Assembly: GCA_905233585.1 (NCBI GenBank)
Contig: CAJOFD010000003.1
Coordinates: forward strand, 4,201 to 68,200
From: an uncultured Bacteroidales bacterium
GTDB taxonomy: Bacteria > Bacteroidota > Bacteroidia > Bacteroidales > WCHB1-69
Direction: 5' to 3'
Length of the DNA: 64,000 nucleotides
In this document: piece after piece, positions 1 to 10,735 of the stretch
How the letters are laid out: each line of letters starts with the position of its first letter
Position numbering within the stretch: the stretch's first letter is position 1
Translations under genes and position numbers: made by a program
Notes under the pieces: generated by a model
The model's database searches: none
Told to the model about the DNA's origin: nothing
What the model saw: the letters and a program-made list of their open reading frames with translations, nothing else

Positions 1-2978
1 ATTACGCTTGAAGTATTAACACCTCTTGTCCATATTCCATAATTGTTTTTTGTTTCTGCAAACAATATTTTATTACGAAGCACTCCGCCATCTACCCTTG
101 CCGTATATAGATATATGGCATATTTTGCAACTGCTGTATTTGTAGAAGTAATTACATTGTCTGCAATATCATCAAAACCACAATTAGGATAAGCATAGAT
201 ACCATAATTACGATAATTACTTATTGTATTGTTGGCAATTGTAATATTATTGGTATTGGCTTTTAATGTACCTGCATCTTTGTTCGCATATTTTAAATAT
301 ACTGCAGCATAACCATTATTAAAAGTATTGTTTAGTATCCGCAAAGCCCCCCATGAATTTGTCTTGGTAGAACCCACATAATAAATAGCCGAACCTGTTG
401 AAACCGTACTTGATGAAGATTGATTGAATACACAGCCATTAATTTCTACATTATAACATGGTTTAGAAAAATATACACCTTTTGCTGTTGTAGAAGCTGA
501 AGCGTCTATAGTTACATTTGATATATATACATTGTAGTTGCTATCCAATACCACAACATCTGCATTGTGAGCCAAGGTAACATCGGCGGCATTGCCACTC
601 TTAGAGGTGATAATCAAAGTATCTGCATTGGTCAATACTTCGGTTAAATAATCTATATGCACCTGCCCGTTGTAGGTTGCCGATTCCAATTCCGCTTTGA
701 ATGTACCATGGTCTGCAAGTCCACAATATTGCATAGTACGCAAGAAGGCATCCAAACTACCAAAATCAGCACTGCCCGAAGACCCAATAGTATAGGTTCC
801 TTTGGCTATAGCCCCACTGCAAGGGACTATAATTATAGACAGCGTATCATCGCTAAGGTCTGGGTCGGTTTGACCATTGGGATTTTCTACCCATACCTTG
901 AAATAGATAACATTCCCTACAGCCAAATTGAGACTCACAAGCGAAACCGTATCCACAAAATCGCAAGGCAGATTGCCACTATAATTGTACGATACCGTTG
1001 CTCCGTTGATAGAATAAACTATTCTACAACTTGTTAGATTGTTGGTACCTTTATTTCTTATCTGTACTTTTATAGTATTGTTTCCAGCGGGAACCCCTCC
1101 TGCTGGCGAAACTATTTCGTCCAAAGCCACCGCATCAGTAGGTCGAGCAACAGACTTCAACATTCTAAATTTGGCAATAGGTCTAGCGTCAAAGGTACCT
1201 CCATCTTTTTCGAATACATCATCATCTGCTTTTGCAACAGCCATATCAAGTTCATTGTCATCGTCGTCATAAACATATTCTGCATACCAACCGCCGCTAC
1301 CAAAATATTTTCCTCCTTCGTGATTATAATATACCAAGACTCCATAACCTGCAGGCACATCAAATGGGGTGTCTAAGTCTATATTAAACCATTCTCCTGC
1401 TTGCAATATAGGTAGAGTATCCGACCATACCAAAGTGGCTCCATCGCTCACGGGGTTATGATAGTTTTTGTCATCGGCACTCAAATCGGCAAGGCTTACC
1501 TTTTTAAGATAAACACTTTGGTTGCGATGTGCACCTGTCATTGCCGCTTTTCTACGGAAAGAAATACCAAAAATTGTTCCCTCTCCTATATCTGAAGCCC
1601 TATACAATATTCTTGACCAAGTATATTTAAAGTATGTGTTCATAGGAATATCCTTTGCAAAATCTGTAGTATTGGTATCTCCTATATAAAAATCTTGCTT
1701 TATTTTGTTAGGATCTATATAAGATGTTCTGCTTAAAGAGACAACATTGCCTAAATAGTCTGTTGCTTCTACTCTATAAGTTATCTTTGAGCCCAAAGGA
1801 ATTTTCGGACAAACCACACTCCAAATATTATCACCATTATTGCTCATCGCCAAGGTTTGACTGGCTCCACCACCTACCGAATAGATAAAATTGATAGACG
1901 AGATAGTCCGCCCCGTCAAAGAACGTGCTGCTATTTCAATGTTAAAAGGTCCAACGGTATAGACAGTGTCTTCTTTATCGGCATCACCTATCCATTTTCT
2001 CCACGAAAGTTGTATATCACTGGTTACATAGATTGTTTTTGTTAGGGTATCCCTTGGCGGAGTCGTTGGCGTATTAGTTCCATTTATTTTTAGTGTCCAC
2101 ACCTTAATAGTCATAGCACTATTGTTTGTGAGTGTAAATGAATTTATCGGGCATTCTACAATAGAATCGGCAGCCACATTACCAGACCAAGTAACAGACG
2201 ATTTCTGAGTATTATTCAGTTTCCATTTAAATTGAGCAGATGTTAGTGCATTTGGACCAGAATTCCAAAACTTCACCCCAAACGCTTGTGTGGTACTAGC
2301 AGGATTATACAAAATCGTATCAGCAAGTGTTAAATCCCTCAATGCTGACTTTTGTATTCCGAACTTAGTATGTGGTCTAAAAGCCAATGTTTTACCGTCT
2401 CCCGAAGAAGGGAATGAACCATCATCCGTGTTATAGATAGGATACAAATCGCTATTGGTTATCGGATGACAATACCAATCGGCATCAGCGGTGTAACTTC
2501 CATCTTTATTATCTACATATACCACCAATCCATAACCTTTTGGCAATTCAAAAGGCGTGGTCAAGGTTACATCTACCCAACCATAGGTGGTCAATGTTAT
2601 TGTTCCATTAAAAACCAAAGTAGCCCCATCTGTAGAGGGATCAATATAAATATTATCTCCATCAATATCAGGCACTGCTGTTGCTTGGGTCGCTTTAAAA
2701 TAAATAGACACATTCGTAACAGTTGAGTCATTGTCATCTACATTACCACACTTCCACGCAATATGCTCAATAGTACCTGAGGTCATCTCAGAAGCCAAAT
2801 ACAAGGTTCTTGACCATGAATAGTCATAGTAAGGTGTAAATGGAACCTCATTTTTTGTTGTAGTAAGTATCGTTGTATCACCAACACAATGAACTACATC
2901 ACCCCATTGTGCTTGACTAAATACGAGTCCTTGCACAATAAACAAAAAACTACAAATTAAAAAAATCGCTTTTTTCAT
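1..2978 (-). CDS. large secreted surface protein, incomplete (runs off left edge): signal peptide, internally duplicated ~400-aa module, then parallel-beta-helix-like repeats
   Basis: My translation of the minus strand from ATG at 2978 (MKKAIFLICSFLFIVQGLVFSQAQ...) stays open to nt 1. It is absent from the ORF track because no stop lies in the window. Motif Y-x-WSR-x-LY-x-AS...GTI occurs twice (nt ~2791-2826 and ~1590-1625). The distal part has NNTISNYRNYGIYAY-type repeats. Plus-strand track ORFs at 657-2726 are its shadows. Confidence 0.6.
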   Translation of the reverse strand, partial: MKKAIFLICSFLFIVQGLVFSQAQWGDVVHCVGDTTILTTTKNEVPFTPYYDYSWSRTLYLASEMTSGTIEHIAWKCGNVDDNDSTVTNVSIYFKATQATAVPDIDGDNIYIDPSTDGATLVFNGTITLTTYGWVDVTLTTPFELPKGYGLVVYVDNKDGSYTADADWYCHPITNSDLYPIYNTDDGSFPSSGDGKTLAFRPHTKFGIQKSALRDLTLADTILYNPASTTQAFGVKFWNSGPNALTSAQFKWKLNNTQKSSVTWSGNVAADSIVECPINSFTLTNNSAMTIKVWTLKINGTNTPTTPPRDTLTKTIYVTSDIQLSWRKWIGDADKEDTVYTVGPFNIEIAARSLTGRTISSINFIYSVGGGASQTLAMSNNGDNIWSVVCPKIPLGSKITYRVEATDYLGNVVSLSRTSYIDPNKIKQDFYIGDTNTTDFAKDIPMNTYFKYTWSRILYRASDIGEGTIFGISFRRKAAMTGAHRNQSVYLKKVSLADLSADDKNYHNPVSDGATLVWSDTLPILQAGEWFNIDLDTPFDVPAGYGVLVYYNHEGGKYFGSGGWYAEYVYDDDDNELDMAVAKADDDVFEKDGGTFDARPIAKFRMLKSVARPTDAVALDEIVSPAGGVPAGNNTIKVQIRNKGTNNLTSCRIVYSINGATVSYNYSGNLPCDFVDTVSLVSLNLAVGNVIYFKVWVENPNGQTDPDLSDDTLSIIIVPCSGAIAKGTYTIGSSGSADFGSLDAFLRTMQYCGLADHGTFKAELESATYNGQVHIDYLTEVLTNADTLIITSKSGNAADVTLAHNADVVVLDSNYNVYISNVTIDASASTTAKGVYFSKPCYNVEINGCVFNQSSSSTVSTGSAIYYVGSTKTNSWGALRILNNTFNNGYAAVYLKYANKDAGTLKANTNNITIANNTISNYRNYGIYAYPNCGFDDIADNVITSTNTAVAKYAIYLYTARVDGGVLRNKILFAETKNNYGIWTRGVNTSSV

Positions 2979-3103
2979 CTTTATTTTAATTTTATATTAT
3001 TTTTTACAAATTTTATGCTTGCCTATTAACAAATAGACATACCAATCTATTACACAAAGAATATTACTTTCTTTATGCATATTAAAAGGTTTATGGATAT
3101 TAT

Positions 3104-3137
<34 letters not shown>

Positions 3138-3511
3138 CAATCAAGCAGTTACGTTTTTTGGGGAAGCAAAAAAATGACATTTTTTGCGAAAAATGCTTTT
3201 TTGTATTCCCGATTTGCCTGTTTGTTGCCATTTCCCAAATCCTTTCTTTTGTTGCAATCCCTATATTCTCTTTGTTTACTGATTTATAACATTAACTTAT
3301 TCAATGAGATTGCAAATGTAATCATTTTTTCAATATATATTGTAAATCTGCCTCAAATTTTTTTTATTTTTGCATTGTGATTTGAATTGACAATGAAAAA
3401 ACATCTTCTATAGACGGAACAATCGGCCTGTCTATTTTTTGAGGACAAATCTTTTCTTATTTATTTTTCATGGAAAAGATATCTATTGTTGATATTTTGA
3501 GTTTTTTTTAT

Positions 3512-3519
3512 TACCTTTG
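3512..3519 (+). promoter_or_regulatory. Bacteroidetes-type -7 box (TACCTTTG) upstream of ffh
   Basis: Matches TAnnTTTG, 32 nt upstream of the ffh ATG. Confidence 0.4.
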
Positions 3520-3550
3520 CAAGATTCATTATTACAATAAATAGAAATAC

Positions 3551-4885
3551 ATGTTTCAATCATTAACTGACAATCTCGAAAGAGCCTTCAAAGTACTTAA
3601 AGGTCAAGGACATATCACAGATATTAACGTAGCGGAAACTACCAAGGCCATAAGAAAAGCCTTGCTTGATGCCGATGTTAACTACAAAATAGCCAAAGAA
3701 ATAACAGACACCATCAAACAAAAAGCGATAGGACAGAATGTTATCAATGCGGTTTCACCCGGACAATTGTTGGTAAAAATTGTTCATGACGAATTGGTTG
3801 CTCTCATGGGCAGTTCCCATTCGGAATTGAACACAAAAGCCAATCCGAGTATCATTCTTATGTCCGGATTGCAAGGTTCTGGCAAAACCACACATAGTGC
3901 CAAATTGGCCCAATATTTAAAAAGCAAACGGGCCAAGAAAGTTCTTTTGGTAGCCGGAGACGTTTACAGACCTGCCGCCATTGAGCAGTTGAAAGTGTTG
4001 GGCGAACAAATCAATGTAGATGTTTTTAGCGAAGAAGGCAACAAAAATCCTGTGGATTTGGCAAAAAAAGGTGTCGCATACGCCAAAGAAATGGGACATA
4101 ATGTTGTGATAATAGATACAGCGGGACGTTTGGCTATTGATGAAGAAATGATGACAGAGATAGGCAATATCAAAAAGGCTGTCTCCCCGCATGAAATTCT
4201 TTTTGTTGTAGATTCCATGACAGGTCAGGATGCTGTCAATACCGCAAAGGCTTTCAACGACAAATTGGATTTTGATGGTGTCATTCTTACCAAATTGGAC
4301 GGTGATACCCGTGGCGGTGCCGCTCTTACCATTCGTTATGTGGTGCAAAAACCTATCAAATTTATCGGTATCGGAGAAAAAATAGAAGACCTTTCCGAAT
4401 TTTATCCCGACAGAATGGCAGACCGTATCTTGGGCATGGGTGATATTGTCGGTTTTGTGGAAAAAGCACAAGAACAATACGATGAACAAGAAGCCAGACG
4501 TTTGCAAAAAAAATTGGTGAAAAACCAATTCAATTTCAATGATTTTTTGAACCAAATACAACAAATAAAGAAAATGGGCAATGTGAAAAACCTAATGGGA
4601 ATGTTGCCCGGCATGGGAAAAATGATCAAAGACATGGATATTGACGATGATGTCTTTAAAGATTTTGAAACCATAATAGCCTCCATGACTCCTGAAGAAC
4701 GCGAAAATCCGGATATTATCAACATCAGCCGCCGCAAACGTATTGCCAAAGGTAGCGGCAAAGATATGCAGGAAATAAACAGAATGATCAAACAATTTGA
4801 ACAAACCCGCAAAATAATGAAAATGGTGGCCACTTCAGGTGCCAAAAACGTAATGAAAAAAATACAGGACAATATAAGAAAATAA
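3551..4885 (+). CDS. ffh: signal recognition particle protein Ffh
   Basis: SRP54 hallmarks: GLQGSGKTT P-loop, DTAGR, TKLDGD, GDxxxL and a Met-rich C-terminal M domain (MGNVKNLMGMLPGMGKM). Confidence 0.97.
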   Translation: MFQSLTDNLERAFKVLKGQGHITDINVAETTKAIRKALLDADVNYKIAKEITDTIKQKAIGQNVINAVSPGQLLVKIVHDELVALMGSSHSELNTKANPSIILMSGLQGSGKTTHSAKLAQYLKSKRAKKVLLVAGDVYRPAAIEQLKVLGEQINVDVFSEEGNKNPVDLAKKGVAYAKEMGHNVVIIDTAGRLAIDEEMMTEIGNIKKAVSPHEILFVVDSMTGQDAVNTAKAFNDKLDFDGVILTKLDGDTRGGAALTIRYVVQKPIKFIGIGEKIEDLSEFYPDRMADRILGMGDIVGFVEKAQEQYDEQEARRLQKKLVKNQFNFNDFLNQIQQIKKMGNVKNLMGMLPGMGKMIKDMDIDDDVFKDFETIIASMTPEERENPDIINISRRKRIAKGSGKDMQEINRMIKQFEQTRKIMKMVATSGAKNVMKKIQDNIRK

Positions 4886-4897
4886 TAATATCAGTAT

Positions 4898-5782
4898 ATG
4901 AAAATCATCAACGGAAAAGATACGGCCAATGCCATCAAGGCAGAAATTGCAGCAGAAGTGGAACAATTGCGTTCCGATAAAGGCAGGGCTCCGCATTTGG
5001 CAGCCATTTTGGTAGGCAACGACCCTGCCAGCGAAACATACGTTGCCAACAAAGAAAAATCGTGTGCAGAAGTCGGATTTCTATCTTCTGTATATCGTTT
5101 GCCCGAAGATGTTTCGGAAGAAGAATTGATAAAAACAATTGATTTTATCAATCACGATGATGAAATAGACGGAGTGATTGTGCAATTGCCTTTACCAAAA
5201 CATATAAATGTAGACGATGTTGTTGCGACTATCAATCCGGCAAAAGACGTAGACGGCTTCCATCCGGTAAACATCGGAAAAATGGTATTGGGACAACCCT
5301 CCTATATTCCGGCAACACCGATGGGAATACTTATTCTTTTAGAACGCTCCAATATAGAAACCAAAGGCAAACATTGTGTTGTTGTCGGCAGAAGCAATAT
5401 AGTGGGAACTCCTGCAAGTATTCTCCTTTCACGCAATACTCCAAATGCCAATTGTACCGTTACTTTGTGTCACTCTAAAACTCAAAACCTAAAAGAAATT
5501 TGCCGTCAAGCCGACATCTTGATAGTAGCAACGGGACAATGCGAAATGATTACCGAAGAATATATAAAAGAAGGTGCTGTTGTTGTTGATGTGGGCATTC
5601 ACAGAGTGAAAGATGAATCAAAAAAATCAGGATTTTCTTTAAAGGGCGATGTTAAGCATGACGAAAAAGTGGAGCAGAAAGTATCTGCCATCACTCCTGT
5701 GCCGGGAGGTGTTGGACCAATGACAATACTTGGATTGTTAATCAACACATTAAAGTCTTTTAAGAAAGAATATTATCAATAA
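4898..5782 (+). CDS. folD: bifunctional methylenetetrahydrofolate dehydrogenase/cyclohydrolase
   Basis: Typical FolD sequence: MKIINGK..., LAAILVGNDPASETYV, GVIVQLPLP, VVVGRSNIVG, PVPGGVGPMT. Confidence 0.95.
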   Translation: MKIINGKDTANAIKAEIAAEVEQLRSDKGRAPHLAAILVGNDPASETYVANKEKSCAEVGFLSSVYRLPEDVSEEELIKTIDFINHDDEIDGVIVQLPLPKHINVDDVVATINPAKDVDGFHPVNIGKMVLGQPSYIPATPMGILILLERSNIETKGKHCVVVGRSNIVGTPASILLSRNTPNANCTVTLCHSKTQNLKEICRQADILIVATGQCEMITEEYIKEGAVVVDVGIHRVKDESKKSGFSLKGDVKHDEKVEQKVSAITPVPGGVGPMTILGLLINTLKSFKKEYYQ

Positions 5783-5845
5783 CTTGCCCCTAAAGGCAAA
5801 CACAAGGTTCAGATTATTCTTTTTGCTAACATAAAAAAAATTAAT

Positions 5846-7354
5846 ATGTTTACAAATCAAGATTATATTGCTATTGAACAACATGGCATTAGCCAAGAGA
5901 CCTTGCAACGACAAATTGCTGTCATTGCTCACACCAAACAAGTGGAATTGCTTCGTCCCGTGTTGAAAAACGACGGCTTGCTCGTGCTTTCCGAAGAAGA
6001 AGTTGCCCAAAAAGAGAAAAACTATGCCCAACAAATGGGATCAAGGCAGATTGTGAAGTTTGTGCCGGCTTCAGGAGCGGCAAGCAGAATGTTCAAATCT
6101 TTGTTCAATTTTCTCAACAACGATGATTTTTCCGCACCTGTAAAGGAAGTTGCCTGCAATTTATCTTCTTTTGCATTTTTTGAACCTTTGGCAGAAGTAT
6201 TAAATACCAATAACTTGGATATCTGTCAGTTGCTTGAAAATAAGGATTATAAAACAATTTTTTCTTTTTTGTTAGAAAACAAAGGCTTGAATTATGCTTC
6301 ATTGCCAAAAGCCTTATTGACATTTCATCGCTATGAGGAGCTAACAAGAACCGCTTTTGACGAACATCTGATAGAGGCTGCCGCCTATGCGTGCGGCAAT
6401 GACAAAACAGCCCATCTCCATTTTACCGTTTCTCCAGAACATTATGCTCTTTTTCAAGAACATGTAGCAAAAATATTGAAAACCTATGAATCACTATTGC
6501 AGGTTAAATTTGATATAAGTTTTTCTTTTCAAGACAAATCTACCGACACTATTGCTTTTGATTATGAAAATCAACCTTTTAGAACAGATGATGGACAGTT
6601 AGTTTTCCGTCCAGGCGGACATGGCAGTTTGATAAAGAATCTCAATAATCTGCAAGCGGATATTGCCTTTATCAAAAATATTGATAATGTTACCCTTGAC
6701 GAATTTAAAGCGGACACCATAAAATATAAAAAGGTATTGGCGTCCTTACTTGTTGATTTCCAAGAAAAAACCTTTGATATTTTGCGACAATTGCAACAAA
6801 ACAACAACGGACAAATCCTAAAAGAAGCCGAAGAATTGTTACAACAAATGTTTGTACGACTTGAAAACTCGTATCAAACATTGTCTTTGGAAGAAAAACG
6901 CCAATATTTGTTCCGTCTTTTGGACAGACCCATACGCATTTGCGGCGTGGTGAAACAAACGGGGGAACCGGGTGGCGGTCCTTTTTGGGTAAGAAATGAA
7001 AAAGGTGTGGAATCTATGCAGATTGTGGAAAGTTCGGAAATGAACCTAAAAAATCCCCGACAACAAGCAATTTTTGAACAATCCAAATTCTTCAACCCTG
7101 TAGATATAGTTTGTTCTTTGAAACATTTTGACGGTTCGCCTTTCGATTTTGAACAGTATATCGATTATGACCGTTTCTTTGTTTCTTCCAAAAGTTTGAA
7201 CGGAAAAAATTTGAAAGCCATAGAAAATCCGGGACTTTGGAACGGAGCAATGTCCGATTGGCTAACTATGTTTGTTGCCGTGCCTTTAAGCACCTTCGCT
7301 CCCGTAAAAACAGTTAACGATTTGCTTCACCACGAACATCTTAACAAAAAATAA
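5846..7354 (+). CDS. DUF4301-like conserved protein
   Basis: 502-aa ORF. N-terminal QDYIAIEQHGIS and KFVPASGAASRMFK motifs, which I recall from the DUF4301 family; not verified by HMM. Confidence 0.65.
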   Translation: MFTNQDYIAIEQHGISQETLQRQIAVIAHTKQVELLRPVLKNDGLLVLSEEEVAQKEKNYAQQMGSRQIVKFVPASGAASRMFKSLFNFLNNDDFSAPVKEVACNLSSFAFFEPLAEVLNTNNLDICQLLENKDYKTIFSFLLENKGLNYASLPKALLTFHRYEELTRTAFDEHLIEAAAYACGNDKTAHLHFTVSPEHYALFQEHVAKILKTYESLLQVKFDISFSFQDKSTDTIAFDYENQPFRTDDGQLVFRPGGHGSLIKNLNNLQADIAFIKNIDNVTLDEFKADTIKYKKVLASLLVDFQEKTFDILRQLQQNNNGQILKEAEELLQQMFVRLENSYQTLSLEEKRQYLFRLLDRPIRICGVVKQTGEPGGGPFWVRNEKGVESMQIVESSEMNLKNPRQQAIFEQSKFFNPVDIVCSLKHFDGSPFDFEQYIDYDRFFVSSKSLNGKNLKAIENPGLWNGAMSDWLTMFVAVPLSTFAPVKTVNDLLHHEHLNKK

Positions 7355-8250
7355 TGTCTTCACAGATACTATTTAAACCAGTAACATTAAGCGATAAAAA
7401 TAATATAGAATCTTTTATTCTTCAAAGCCCCTATCAAATTTGCAACTTCAGTTTTGCCAATTTGATCATTTGGGGTCCCTTATTTTTGCCTCAATATGCC
7501 GTTATAGACAATTGTTTGGTACTAAAATCACACCTGCAACAAACTTTTTATAACTTTCCCATCGGAAACGGCGACAAAAAAGCCATTATCAACCATTTGA
7601 TAGCAGAGCAAAAGCACGAGGGGAAACCTTTTGTCATGAGAAATATTACCGAAAGTATGAAAAGCGAATTGGAAACATGGTTTCCTGACAGTTTTCGCTT
7701 TTCCGCCAATAGAGATTTCGCCGATTATCTTTATCTGCGTGAAGATTTGGTGACCTTGTCGGGGAAAAAATATCAGCCCAAACGCAATCACATTCATCAG
7801 TTTGAACATTTGTATCAATATGAATACAAAAGAATTGAACCTGAAGATATTGAAGAATGTTTGGCCATGCATACTCTTTGGGTAGAAAACAACATGGGCA
7901 AAGACAACAATGTTTCTTTGCAAGAAGAAACGATGGCTGTGCATACGGCTTTTGAACATTTTGAAAATTTGGGCATGCAAGGCGGATTATTAAAAATTGA
8001 CAATGAAATAGTTGCCTTTACTTTGGGGTGTCCTATCAACCAAGATACTTTTGATGTCAATATAGAAAAAGCAAAAAAAGATGTTCATGGAGCCTATACG
8101 ATGATAAACAAATTGTTTGTTGAACACGAATTGTCCAACTACAAGTATATCAATCGAGAAGATGATTTGGGGGAATCAGGCTTGAGACAAGCCAAACTTT
8201 CTTATCACCCTTATGCGATATTGGAAAAATATACGGCTGAAAAAATATGA
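7354..8250 (+). CDS. DUF2156-like protein (lysyl-PG synthase C-terminal-domain fold)
   Basis: 298-aa ORF abutting the upstream stop. The GKKYQPKRNHIHQFE motif and size are recalled from DUF2156 proteins. Confidence 0.5.
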   Translation: MSSQILFKPVTLSDKNNIESFILQSPYQICNFSFANLIIWGPLFLPQYAVIDNCLVLKSHLQQTFYNFPIGNGDKKAIINHLIAEQKHEGKPFVMRNITESMKSELETWFPDSFRFSANRDFADYLYLREDLVTLSGKKYQPKRNHIHQFEHLYQYEYKRIEPEDIEECLAMHTLWVENNMGKDNNVSLQEETMAVHTAFEHFENLGMQGGLLKIDNEIVAFTLGCPINQDTFDVNIEKAKKDVHGAYTMINKLFVEHELSNYKYINREDDLGESGLRQAKLSYHPYAILEKYTAEKI

Positions 8251-9248
8251 TAAGATTTGCCAAAGACAATGATTTGGAACAACTTAAAAATCTTTGGAAA
8301 ATAGCATTTCCTGAAGACGATATGGATTTTATCCATTTTTATTTTTCCGAAAAAAACAAAGTGGAACATACTTTGGTACAAGATTTTGACGGAAAAATTG
8401 TTGCCATGATGGAAATGATTCCCTATAAAATGACTTTTTTTGACAAACTCGTTGATGTTTATTATATTTCCGGAGCCAACACCCTGCCCGCTTTTCAAGG
8501 GAAAGGTTTGATGAGCAATTTGATAAAACAATCGTTTCAAACAGCCTACCAACAAGGATATGCCTGTGCCGTATTGTTGCCTCAAAACAATTCGGTTATT
8601 AATTTTTACAAACAATTTGATTTTGAGCAAATTTTTGAATATCAAAAATATACACAATGCGTAAAACCATTGTATCTGCCTGTGGAAACATTGACAAACA
8701 AGAATTTGCATGAAGCCTATCAATTTTTTAACAGCCAAACTTTAAAAAGAAATTTTTGCATACAGAAAACATTCGATGATTTCAGAACGATAGTGCAGGA
8801 TTCCCATTTGTCAAAAGACTCTCCTTTCCTATTGAGAGAAAAAGGGAAAATTGTTGCCATGGTCTTCTGTCATCCCGAAAAAGAATTGATAATCAAAGAT
8901 ATATTATATGATTCCGTGGAACATAAAGAACTTGTATTGTCAGCCATCGCTCATTTTTATCGTACAGAAAAGATACAAATCATAGAACCCAATTACAATC
9001 AATCTGAAAATCAAACTTTTTCTTGGGGAATGTTAAGGGTGATTAATTACAGCCAACTTGCCAATATTTACACCGAACATCAACCCAGAAACTCGTCGTT
9101 TGGCTTTCATGACAATTTTATTGCCGAAAACAATGGATATTGGGGAACAAAACAGAGTGAAATTTTATCGTTCAAGCACTCCGATTTTTGCAATCATTTA
9201 TTTAAAAATCAAATCCAAAAACCTTTTATGAATCTGATGTTGGATTAG
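8247..9248 (+). CDS. GNAT-family N-acetyltransferase (Eis-like, two-domain)
   Basis: ATGA start/stop overlap with the upstream gene. Acetyl-CoA pocket-like AFQGKGLMSNLI; N-terminus MIRFAKDNDLEQLKNLW is typical of GNATs. Confidence 0.6.
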   Translation: MIRFAKDNDLEQLKNLWKIAFPEDDMDFIHFYFSEKNKVEHTLVQDFDGKIVAMMEMIPYKMTFFDKLVDVYYISGANTLPAFQGKGLMSNLIKQSFQTAYQQGYACAVLLPQNNSVINFYKQFDFEQIFEYQKYTQCVKPLYLPVETLTNKNLHEAYQFFNSQTLKRNFCIQKTFDDFRTIVQDSHLSKDSPFLLREKGKIVAMVFCHPEKELIIKDILYDSVEHKELVLSAIAHFYRTEKIQIIEPNYNQSENQTFSWGMLRVINYSQLANIYTEHQPRNSSFGFHDNFIAENNGYWGTKQSEILSFKHSDFCNHLFKNQIQKPFMNLMLD

Positions 9249-10735
9249 TCGTATATCATTTTTGAGATGAAAAACACAGACTTGAACGCATTTCGTTTGG
9301 TATTTCCTTTTTTGAACAAGCGTTGATAGCCGTAATAAAAAAAGTAGTTGTCATACCAATATTGGACGGCAGAAGACAAGTTTTTGCTCAACAATTCATT
9401 TTTTGATGTCAAATCTATACTTTCCGCCTGCATAGGTTGGACAATCTTATTTTTTTGATAAATAATAGAATAGGCTTTGGCATCGTAAGCAAAATAAACC
9501 AATAGTTTATCTTCTTCATCAAGAAAAGCATTCAAAATATTTTGCTCATCTCTCAACATTAAACCATTGAAATTTAATCCATTGCAAGTTTTCAAATTGC
9601 CATTCATATCCATATAAAAAATGGCGGCATGCAGATAGCGAAAGCCTACAAAACGCATGGTTGGCATAGATGTTCCCCCATAATACATATTCATTGTCTG
9701 TATATCTTGTTCATATTCAGGAACAAAAAACTCCGTAACGGCTACAAGGGCGGTATCGTTGGCAAAAGCGGTGAAATGATGGCTATACAAAGAAGCATTG
9801 CCTGCCTTTTTTTTGTCAGCAAACATTTTTTCCATTTGCAGATAATCTATAAATTTGGCTTGTTGGGGTTGGGCATTGATAATAGGAATTACAAACAAAC
9901 CGTTTGCACTTGTGGAAGAAAATATTGTTTTTTCTTGAGAAGAAAACGTTCCGCAAACCAACATTCTGCTATCCTCTCCGCCAAGTTGATGAAAATCAAA
10001 TTGTTGTATTTTATATTTATCTGATATGGAAATATTTGTTTCATTTGTTAGCGTCCCCAAAGAATCAATATCCGCCAAAAGACATGAAGTTTGTTTGTCT
10101 TGATAAACAAGGCAACCCACTTTGAGCAAATGATTTAAAGTATCAAAATGAGCCGCTTGCATGCTTGTTTGTCTTTTGTCGGCAAACAATGGCACATATT
10201 CATTTTTGCGACAATCAAATAGATACATTGTCTTTTGGCTTTTGTTCTCCTGCAATTCAAACAATATGATTTGTTCTCCGCAGGCAAGACTTGTCAGAGT
10301 CGCATTGTTGGGAATATTTAAAGCAAATACCTGTATTTTTTTTTCTATTATATTGTAAAGCAGAAAAAAAGTGTTGAAATCGGTATTTTTTTGTTGATGT
10401 TGCCACCCTGCACAAAAATAGGTATTGTCAAAAAACGTTTGCCGCAAACTCAAGTTGTAAGCCAAATCAATTTTTTTGCTTGTTTTTGTGCGTAAAAGTG
10501 AGTCATAATGCGTGATTGTCCACGATTTCCCGTCGTTGTTGTCTGTCAAGAGCAACAATCCGTCTTGTTTTAACGATTCAATATAAACAAAGGTATTAGC
10601 CGAAGACAATGGAATATCTATTCGCAAAGGAGGATTGTCTTGTGCAACAACTCTTGAAAAAGAACATATCAGCAACAAAAGCGATATGCTTATTTTACAA
10701 AATTGCGTTTTGTTATTTTTCAATTTGCGGAACAT
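9245..10735 (-). CDS. secreted hypothetical protein
   Basis: 496-aa ORF with a signal peptide (ISISLLLLICSFSRVVAQ). No recognisable catalytic motif. Confidence 0.6.
   Translation of the reverse strand: MFRKLKNNKTQFCKISISLLLLICSFSRVVAQDNPPLRIDIPLSSANTFVYIESLKQDGLLLLTDNNDGKSWTITHYDSLLRTKTSKKIDLAYNLSLRQTFFDNTYFCAGWQHQQKNTDFNTFFLLYNIIEKKIQVFALNIPNNATLTSLACGEQIILFELQENKSQKTMYLFDCRKNEYVPLFADKRQTSMQAAHFDTLNHLLKVGCLVYQDKQTSCLLADIDSLGTLTNETNISISDKYKIQQFDFHQLGGEDSRMLVCGTFSSQEKTIFSSTSANGLFVIPIINAQPQQAKFIDYLQMEKMFADKKKAGNASLYSHHFTAFANDTALVAVTEFFVPEYEQDIQTMNMYYGGTSMPTMRFVGFRYLHAAIFYMDMNGNLKTCNGLNFNGLMLRDEQNILNAFLDEEDKLLVYFAYDAKAYSIIYQKNKIVQPMQAESIDLTSKNELLSKNLSSAVQYWYDNYFFYYGYQRLFKKGNTKRNAFKSVFFISKMIYD

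Noticed and set aside
657-2726. Plus-strand track ORFs 657-1037, 1039-1272, 1857-2045 and 2466-2726.
   Set aside because: They overlap the uninterrupted minus-strand ORF 1-2978, which has a signal peptide and repeated domains. The plus-strand products look random.
3395-3440. A tiny ORF (MKKHLL*) plus an imperfect hairpin with a T-run upstream of ffh, considered as a leader peptide or sRNA.
   Set aside because: The stem is short and imperfect and no promoter box could be found. The evidence is too weak to report as a feature.
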